Source: Candidatus Poribacteria bacterium
Lineage (GTDB): Bacteria > Poribacteria > WGA-4E > UBA9662
Direction of reading: 5' to 3'
NCBI GenBank assembly: GCA_046582655.1
Contig: JAYGDX010000068.1
Location: 53,978-117,977 of the forward strand
Length of the DNA stretch: 64,000 nucleotides
The notes beneath the pieces were generated by a model, which searched no databases, had not been told where the DNA came from, and saw nothing but the letters and a program-made list of their open reading frames with translations. This document shows, one piece after another, positions 57,712-64,000 of this stretch. Every line of letters begins with the position of its first letter. The stretch's first letter is position 1. The position numbers and the translations under genes are program-made.

Positions 57712-58055
57712 TGACGAATATAACTCTTGAGCATTACTTGCTAATTAGCATTATTCTCTTTACACTCGGTGTTTTTGCAGTGTTAACGCGCCGGAATGCA
57801 ATTACCATATTAATGGGTATCGAGTTAATCTTAAACTCATGCAACATTAATTTTATAGCTTTCTCTCGTTTCATTTCCTCTCCGACGACTGTGGCTGCTG
57901 GAGAGGTGAGTTTGGCCATAGAAGGGCAAATCATGGCTTTATTTGTGATTGTGCTGGCAGCGGCCGAAGCGGCAGTTTTCTTGGCAATAATCCTGTCGAT
58001 CTATAGAGAATTTAGTTCAATTAGTCCAAGTGAGATCGATACTTTGAAGGGCTAG
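57711..58055 (+). CDS. nuoK: NADH-quinone oxidoreductase subunit K
   Basis: The GTG start overlaps the nuoJ stop by 1 nt. Three TM segments. LMGIELILNSCNINFIAF and AAAEAAVFLAII are typical of NuoK/ND4L. Confidence 0.85.
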   Translation: MTNITLEHYLLISIILFTLGVFAVLTRRNAITILMGIELILNSCNINFIAFSRFISSPTTVAAGEVSLAIEGQIMALFVIVLAAAEAAVFLAIILSIYREFSSISPSEIDTLKG

Positions 58056-58075
58056 GGTTCAGTTAGAGATATAGC

Positions 58076-60232
58076 ATGATCGTAACGCTTATTTCCGTCA
58101 TTTTGCTTTGCCCACTAGGGGCATTTGCGTTCTTTGCTATTTTGGCATTAACAGGGCGTAATTCAAACCGTCAGGATTTGATCTCGACCTTTGCCATGAT
58201 AATTGCGTTTTTGTGTGCGTTTCTGCTTTTTATGCAAGTTCTTGGCGATCCCGATAGCTACAAGCGTGCAGGTGGGGTATCGCCAGAGACACACACAATT
58301 GATTGGATACAAATTAATAATGTATCCTTATCGATGGGATTCCTTTTTGACAGTGTGACGTCAATTATGTTGTTGGTGGTAACAATTGTTAGTGGTCTCG
58401 TTCATATCTTCTCAATCGGCTATATGCATGGGGATCCACGATATCCACGATTTTTCGCTTATCTTTCCTTGTTTTCCTTTTCAATGCTGTTCCTGGTTGT
58501 TGCTGATAATCTATTAGGCATTTACATCGGTTGGGAGCTTGTGGGACTCTGTTCCTACTTGCTGATTGGGTTCTGGTTCGAAAAAGATTCCGCTGCTAAC
58601 GCCTGTAAGAAGGCCTTTCTGACGACCCGTGTTGGTGATGTCGGGATGTTCATAGGTATGATGATGCTCTTCACTAAATTCCACACGTTCGTTCTGTTTG
58701 GCGATAGCGGGATTTTCGAGGCGGTCAATAATTTAGGATCTAGCGATTTAACTTGGCTTTCAATTGCCGGAATACTAATTTTCTGTGGTGCTATCGGCAA
58801 ATCTGCCCAATTCCCACTTCATACTTGGTTGCCAGATGCTATGGAAGGTCCAACTCCCGTTAGTGCGCTAATCCATGCGGCAACGATGGTTGCTGCCGGT
58901 GTATACCTTGCAGCTCGAATGTTTCCGATTTTAACCGGTGTATCCTCGTTATTCATCGCTTATGTTGGTGGTATCACCGCCATTTTCGCTGCTACCATTG
59001 CCATTGTCCAATGGGATATCAAGCGTGTTCTGGCTTATTCAACAGTCAGCCAGCTCGGTTATATGATGTTGGCCATAGGGGCGAGTAGTTATGTTGCTGG
59101 ACTTTTTCACTTGACAACACATGCCTTTTTCAAAGCACTTCTTTTCCTCGGATCCGGCAGTGTCATTCACGCATTGCATGTTCATCATCATGACGGTCAC
59201 GATGATGAGCATAGTGATCATCCAGTTGAACGAGATGGAATTCCTTTAGAACAAGACATGCGAAATATGGGTGGACTTCGTCATAAAATGCCGATTACTT
59301 TCTGGACAATGTTGATTGCTACCCTGTCAATTTCCGGTGTGCCATTTCTATTCTCGGGGTTTTGGAGTAAGGATGAAGTTCTTGGCGCGACGCTCGGCAG
59401 GGCAATGGAATCTGGTTCTACCCACTATTATATCCTGTTCTTCATGGCTTTGGTTGCGGCCGGAGCTACAGCACTTTACATGTTTCGTTTGATTTTCTTG
59501 ACTTTCATGGGACAGCCTCGGAATCAAGGGATGTACGAGCATGCCCATGAATCGCCTAGATCAATGATTATCCCCCTGATAATATTAGCTGTCTTGTCTT
59601 TTCCAATAGTTAACAAGTGGTCTTTTAAAAAGTATGTTGAGCAACCTGAACAAACGCATAATCATTTAGCACATAAGCATGCCAATCAACCTGTTCTTTA
59701 TGTTGCTGTTGGTGCTGCCGATCATCATGATTCGACAAGCCATGTTGAAACACATGGGGCACATAGTCCCGCTCATAGCCTTGCCATGGGATTATCGATT
59801 TTTGTGGTGGGACTGGGAATCCTGCTGTCAGCCCTATTTTATCATTGGAAGATATTCTCGGCTGAAACTGTTGCCAACAAGTTTAGGGGTGTACATAGGA
59901 TACTTTGGAACAAATACTTTATTGATGAATTCTATGATGGAATAATTGTGCGTGCAACTGTTATTGGCGCAAAAATTTTCGGTGGTATTGACAAGTATCT
60001 CGTGGATGGTTTAGTCAATCTTGTCTATATAATTGTGAACTACATTATCGCTTTTCTAGTTGGTCTTTTTGATGATAAAATCGTCGATTTTTCGGTCAAT
60101 CTTGTGGCTAAGATAACATGGAAGTTTGGTGGTAGGGTTAGACGAATCCAAACGGGGGTAATTCAGAATTACCTTTTTGTTGTCTTAGCTGGTGTCATAT
60201 TATTAATCATCATTTTCAGGTTATTGGTTTGA
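58076..60232 (+). CDS. nuoL: NADH-quinone oxidoreductase subunit L, with His-rich insertions
   Basis: GWELVGLCSYLLIGFW, GKSAQFPLHTWLPDAMEGPTPVSALIHAATMV and MGGL. The long C-terminal extension is typical of NuoL/ND5. Confidence 0.9.
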   Translation: MIVTLISVILLCPLGAFAFFAILALTGRNSNRQDLISTFAMIIAFLCAFLLFMQVLGDPDSYKRAGGVSPETHTIDWIQINNVSLSMGFLFDSVTSIMLLVVTIVSGLVHIFSIGYMHGDPRYPRFFAYLSLFSFSMLFLVVADNLLGIYIGWELVGLCSYLLIGFWFEKDSAANACKKAFLTTRVGDVGMFIGMMMLFTKFHTFVLFGDSGIFEAVNNLGSSDLTWLSIAGILIFCGAIGKSAQFPLHTWLPDAMEGPTPVSALIHAATMVAAGVYLAARMFPILTGVSSLFIAYVGGITAIFAATIAIVQWDIKRVLAYSTVSQLGYMMLAIGASSYVAGLFHLTTHAFFKALLFLGSGSVIHALHVHHHDGHDDEHSDHPVERDGIPLEQDMRNMGGLRHKMPITFWTMLIATLSISGVPFLFSGFWSKDEVLGATLGRAMESGSTHYYILFFMALVAAGATALYMFRLIFLTFMGQPRNQGMYEHAHESPRSMIIPLIILAVLSFPIVNKWSFKKYVEQPEQTHNHLAHKHANQPVLYVAVGAADHHDSTSHVETHGAHSPAHSLAMGLSIFVVGLGILLSALFYHWKIFSAETVANKFRGVHRILWNKYFIDEFYDGIIVRATVIGAKIFGGIDKYLVDGLVNLVYIIVNYIIAFLVGLFDDKIVDFSVNLVAKITWKFGGRVRRIQTGVIQNYLFVVLAGVILLIIIFRLLV

Positions 60233-60254
60233 GGTTTTAGGAGGAATTTGCTGG

Positions 60255-61754
60255 ATGTTATTAACATCAATGATTTTTATCCCTTTAGTCGGCATGATTG
60301 TTGTCTTGCTTGTCCCGCGAGATCGCGAAGATGCGGCAAAGTGGATTGCATTTATGGTCACACTTATCCCGCTGTTTTTAGCTGTTTTACTTTATTTTCA
60401 GTATGATCCGACAAGTGCTGAGCTGCAGGAAAGAGTAGAAACTAGTTGGATCGAAGCATTTAACATTAAATACCACACCGGGGTTGATGGGCTGAGTGTA
60501 ACGTTGATACTTCTAACCGCTTTGTTAGGACCAATCTGTGTCGGGGCATCATGGAAAATCGAGAAAGGAATTAAAGCGTATCTTGCTCTGTTCTTGTTGC
60601 TTGAAACCGGAATGATTGGATTTTTCTGTGCCTTGGATTTGTTCCTTTTCTATGTATTCTTTGAATTGACTTTGCTTCCCATGTACTTTCTTATCGGAGT
60701 ATGGGGAGGACCGAGGCGAGAATATGCGGCAATTAAGTTTTTCCTGTATACTCTTTTTGGTAGCATGTTGATGCTGGTAGCGATGATTGCCGTTTATATC
60801 AATAGTAGTGTTGATCCGGGATTAAGAACATTCGATATTCCAACTCTAATTAATTTGGCAAAAACTTCAGGGCACGCACTAGCGGATCCCACATTCCAAA
60901 TTTGGGTATTTCTTGGGTTCTTCATTGGTTTTGCTGTTAAGGTGCCGATTTTTCCTTTCCATACTTGGCTCCCCGATGCGCACGTTGAGGCTCCTACGGC
61001 GATTAGCGTTGTTCTGGCAGCCATTCTGCTAAAGATGGGGACTTATGGACTAGTTCGAATTAACTTTGCTATGCTGCCTGCTGGCATGGACTTTTTCACC
61101 AATGGTTCAGGCCGTTGGGGGAACGCACTTGCTATCCTCGGTGTGATTAACATTATTTATGGTTCTTTGTGTGCGTTGGCACAAACTGATTTCAAGAAGC
61201 TAGTCGCCTATTCAAGTATTGGACACATGGGATTCGTAATTCTAGGTCTTGCTTCGCGTAACGAAGCAGGTGTGACAGGAGCAATGCTGCAGATGCTGAA
61301 TCATGGTGTGATTAGCGCGATGTTGTTTCTTCTGGTTGGTGTTGTCTATGATCGGGCGCATCATCGTGATATTAATGGTTTTGGTGGGTTGGGATCGAAG
61401 ATGCCAATTTACACAGGCATTACAACATTGGCTTTCATGGCATCACTTGGTTTGCCTGGCCTTAGCGGATTCGTGGGGGAAGCACTAACTCTCCTTGGGG
61501 CTTACAGCAAGTTTCAGTTACTTACAATTTTATCAACCATTGGAATTGTTGTTGGTGCCGCTTACTTCCTCTGGACTCTCCAGCGGGTTTTTCTAGGTGA
61601 TTTAAATCCTAAATATGAAGCAATAGAAGAAATAAACAGACGTGAGATTGCGACACTCATTCCACTGGGAATCCTAACCATTGTACTCGGTATTTGGCCG
61701 CATTTTGCGATTGAAATGTTCCGCAACTCGGTAGCAGGATTACCATTACAATAA
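60255..61754 (+). CDS. nuoM: NADH-quinone oxidoreductase subunit M
   Basis: FELTLLPMYFLIGVWGG, KVPIFPFHTWLPDAHVEAPTA and AYSSIGHMGFV are typical of NuoM/ND4. Confidence 0.9.
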   Translation: MLLTSMIFIPLVGMIVVLLVPRDREDAAKWIAFMVTLIPLFLAVLLYFQYDPTSAELQERVETSWIEAFNIKYHTGVDGLSVTLILLTALLGPICVGASWKIEKGIKAYLALFLLLETGMIGFFCALDLFLFYVFFELTLLPMYFLIGVWGGPRREYAAIKFFLYTLFGSMLMLVAMIAVYINSSVDPGLRTFDIPTLINLAKTSGHALADPTFQIWVFLGFFIGFAVKVPIFPFHTWLPDAHVEAPTAISVVLAAILLKMGTYGLVRINFAMLPAGMDFFTNGSGRWGNALAILGVINIIYGSLCALAQTDFKKLVAYSSIGHMGFVILGLASRNEAGVTGAMLQMLNHGVISAMLFLLVGVVYDRAHHRDINGFGGLGSKMPIYTGITTLAFMASLGLPGLSGFVGEALTLLGAYSKFQLLTILSTIGIVVGAAYFLWTLQRVFLGDLNPKYEAIEEINRREIATLIPLGILTIVLGIWPHFAIEMFRNSVAGLPLQ

Positions 61755-61766
61755 GGGAGATCATTT

Positions 61767-63209
61767 TTGGGGAATCTAGAAAGCATCCGTTATTTTATTC
61801 CTGAATTGGTTCTCGTTGTTTTTGCCATACTTGTGATTTTGTTTGACTTGGTGTCACGAGGTCAAACTGGTAAGGGGATTGCCTATCTTAGCCTTGCTGG
61901 TCTCTTGGTTGCAACAATTGCAGTGTTTATCGTTGGCACTGTGAATCAATCACTCTTCCTAGGCATGATCCGTATTGATGGGTTTGCAACGTTTTTCAAG
62001 ATCATCGTTCTAATAGCGACAGCTGTAACTATTATCTTCTCGATGGTTTCCAACGAACTGGATCCAAAAGCTCAAGGGGAATATTACGCACTTTTAATTG
62101 CCATTAATCTGGGTATGTTCCTGATGGCCTCATCGACAAATATCCTGATGGCCTACCTTTCATTGGAAACTGTCAGTTTGACATCTTATATTCTTGCTGG
62201 ATTCCTAACACGAAATCCTAGATCAAGCGAAGCGGCATTCAAATATATCATCTATGGGGCAATAGCATCGGGGACAATGCTTTTCGGCTTATCCCTCATT
62301 TTCGGTATGACTGGAACGACCAGTATGTTACAGATTGGGCAACAACTTCCCGAGATCGCCTCAGCGTATCCGACGGCAGTTTTAATCTCTATCATCTTCA
62401 TTTTAGCTGGTGTCGGTTACAAGATTGCATCCGTTCCATTCCATATGTGGGCGCCGGATGTTTATGAAGGGGCCCCAATTCCAATCACTGCATTTTTGTC
62501 CGTAGCCTCGAAAGCTGCCGGATTTGCCCTGTTTATTCGTCTCTTCTATTTTAGTTTTAGAGGAACCAATCTCAACTGGACACTACTGTTATCAATTGTT
62601 TCTGCCTTGACAATGACGTTTGGGAATTTGGCCGCCTTGCCACAACAAAATGTCAAACGCCTACTCGCCTATTCGAGTATTGCCCATGGAGGCTACTTAT
62701 TGATGGGAGTAGTGTTGTTGTCTGGTGACGGTATTAAAGCGATCCTCTTCTATTTGACAATCTACATGTTTATGAACTTGGGAGCCTTTTTTGTTGTAAT
62801 TCTCGTTGCCAAGGAAGTAGGCAGCGAAGATATCGACGGTTATAAAGGTTTGATTTCACGCGCGCCATTCGTTGCAGTTGCAATGGTGATATTCCTATTC
62901 TCGCTGACAGGCATGCCTCCACTAGCAGGATTTGCGGGGAAATGGGTGCTTTTTGCAGCAGTGTTAGAAAAAAAGCTTTATTGGCTGGCGATTATAGGCG
63001 TGCTTAATAGCGTGGTTTCACTGTACTACTATATCCGAATTGTAAAAGCAATGTTATTTGAAACCTCTGAAGATGCCGAAGTACTTTCTTTCTCAAGGGG
63101 TGATATGGCACTGCTAATGGCCTTTATCGTGCCGACCATTCTGCTTGGTGTTTATTGGAAACCTTATGATTTCCTGAAAGATCTTCCTCTTGATAAGTTT
63201 ATTGGCTAA
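61767..63209 (+). CDS. nuoN: NADH-quinone oxidoreductase subunit N
   Basis: TTG start. YKIASVPFHMWAPDVYEGAPIPITAFL and AYSSIAHGGYLL are typical of NuoN/ND2. Confidence 0.9.
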   Translation: MGNLESIRYFIPELVLVVFAILVILFDLVSRGQTGKGIAYLSLAGLLVATIAVFIVGTVNQSLFLGMIRIDGFATFFKIIVLIATAVTIIFSMVSNELDPKAQGEYYALLIAINLGMFLMASSTNILMAYLSLETVSLTSYILAGFLTRNPRSSEAAFKYIIYGAIASGTMLFGLSLIFGMTGTTSMLQIGQQLPEIASAYPTAVLISIIFILAGVGYKIASVPFHMWAPDVYEGAPIPITAFLSVASKAAGFALFIRLFYFSFRGTNLNWTLLLSIVSALTMTFGNLAALPQQNVKRLLAYSSIAHGGYLLMGVVLLSGDGIKAILFYLTIYMFMNLGAFFVVILVAKEVGSEDIDGYKGLISRAPFVAVAMVIFLFSLTGMPPLAGFAGKWVLFAAVLEKKLYWLAIIGVLNSVVSLYYYIRIVKAMLFETSEDAEVLSFSRGDMALLMAFIVPTILLGVYWKPYDFLKDLPLDKFIG

Positions 63210-63234
63210 ATGTTTTTTGCTTGGCAGGGTTCAA

Positions 63235-63264
63235 CTCATCGGATTTTGGTCGATGGGTTTTTTC
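63235..63264 (+). terminator. Putative rho-independent terminator after nuoN
   Basis: CTCATCG (63235-63241) and CGATGGG (63251-63257) form a short imperfect stem, followed by TTTTTT (63258-63263). Confidence 0.45.
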
Positions 63265-63292
63265 GCTTTTGTGTCAGAGGGTTTCTAGCTAG

Positions 63293-63664
63293 CTAACCGA
63301 GAAATATTTCTTCACTACCTGGTAATATGTGGCTCTGTTTTGTCAGGGTGTTACCGATCTGAAAAAATTTGATGAGATGATTCTTGTTTAGTAACTTTGT
63401 TGCTCTAGCGATATCTTTCTGACTGCCATGCTCCAACCCTAGGTTAATCATTTCGATGCCGGTTCTAACGTGATGTTTTATCTCGAAGTTTGAACTGAAA
63501 TCGTCGGCTTTAATGGTTACAAGTTTGTGGGAGATTTCGGCAACTTCCTGCTTCATCTCTTCAACACGTTCAAGTGATATTTCATCCGTATCGACCCCAT
63601 GCGATATCACTTTTGCCAAAAAAAGCTGGCTCTCACACTCGGTAATGTTATTTACGTTACTCAT
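63293..63664 (-). CDS. Hypothetical protein
   Basis: ATG 63664 (MSNVNNITECES...) overlaps the upstream stop as ATGAGTAA. 123 aa with helical-looking composition. The longer ORF-track start at 63793 overlaps the upstream gene. Confidence 0.45.
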   Translation of the reverse strand: MSNVNNITECESQLFLAKVISHGVDTDEISLERVEEMKQEVAEISHKLVTIKADDFSSNFEIKHHVRTGIEMINLGLEHGSQKDIARATKLLNKNHLIKFFQIGNTLTKQSHILPGSEEIFLG

Positions 63665-64000
63665 CCTCGTCATCCTTAAGATTGATTTTCTTGAGATCGA
63701 CAGTTTGGAGAATCTGCTCCTCGGTAACGTGGACGCCCATCTGGCGATCCTTCTCTTCGACGCGTTGATCCCGTTTTTCTTTTGCTCTTTCAAGCGAGGC
63801 TGAGAACTCTGACGCTATATCTTCTTGATCAAGTCCGAAGACTTCGTACAGCAATCGAGTAAAAAGATTCTCGTCTGCGGCCCAAATCGCGTCTAGGATG
63901 TGCTTTGATCTCTCATCCTTGAACTGAATTTCCTTCGATGATGGATCGATGGTTCCCGATTCAATCATCAAGGCCAAAAATTCAGAATTAATCTCGAAGC
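63657..64000 (-). CDS. Hypothetical protein, N-terminus beyond the window edge
   Basis: The minus-strand frame stays open to base 63998 (FEINSEFLALMIESG...). The C-terminus is charged (KDDEDE). No motif recognised. Confidence 0.4.
   Translation of the reverse strand, partial: FEINSEFLALMIESGTIDPSSKEIQFKDERSKHILDAIWAADENLFTRLLYEVFGLDQEDIASEFSASLERAKEKRDQRVEEKDRQMGVHVTEEQILQTVDLKKINLKDDEDE

Noticed and set aside
1-64000. Numerous 60-130-aa ORFs antisense to, or out of frame within, the long genes (for example 1188-1403, 8139-8546, 12225-12620, 29737-30141, 49509-49829 and 55828-56142)
   Set aside because: They are fully embedded in well-supported CDSs and have low-complexity or skewed composition with no RBS. 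Those inside the flotillin repeat simply mirror the repeat on the opposite strand.

Overview
This is a bacterial chromosomal segment. Hand counts put G+C in the low 40s %. Genes have Shine-Dalgarno-type RBSs and frequent stop/start overlaps such as TAATG. All family assignments come from reading motifs in the supplied translations; no database search was run.

Gene content, left to right:
- A partial hydantoinase-B gene.
- A locus with no recognisable glycoside hydrolase that looks built for importing a sulfated sugar and processing it in the cytoplasm: DUF1080, PhyH dioxygenase, Gfo/Idh/MocA, CE4 deacetylase, TIM-barrel isomerase-like protein, two Cys-type sulfatases, a metallophosphoesterase/beta-propeller fusion and a full ABC importer.
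- A patch of repeat and lectin-like proteins (HEAT array, FGE/SUMF1-type protein, tandem LamG genes) with several decayed genes, plus a G+C-rich insert carrying a broken membrane-protein gene.
- aroA, moaE and an SRAP peptidase.
- An envelope cluster: DUF4159 fusion, vWA protein with a long acidic tail, and a Wza-like/TPR/PorV-like operon.
- A ceramidase-like gene and mutS.
- A tight four-gene operon that I cannot match to any described system: two cytoplasmic beta-gamma-crystallin proteins, a flotillin with 13 perfect 22-residue repeats, and a zinc-ribbon/LamG protein.
- An 11-gene nuoABCDHIJKLMN operon lacking nuoEFG.

No rRNA, tRNA or CRISPR array was seen. Pseudogene density is unusually high. 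Together with the eukaryote-like repeat proteins, sulfatases and ceramidase, this hints at a host-associated, partly decaying genome or an error-prone assembly.
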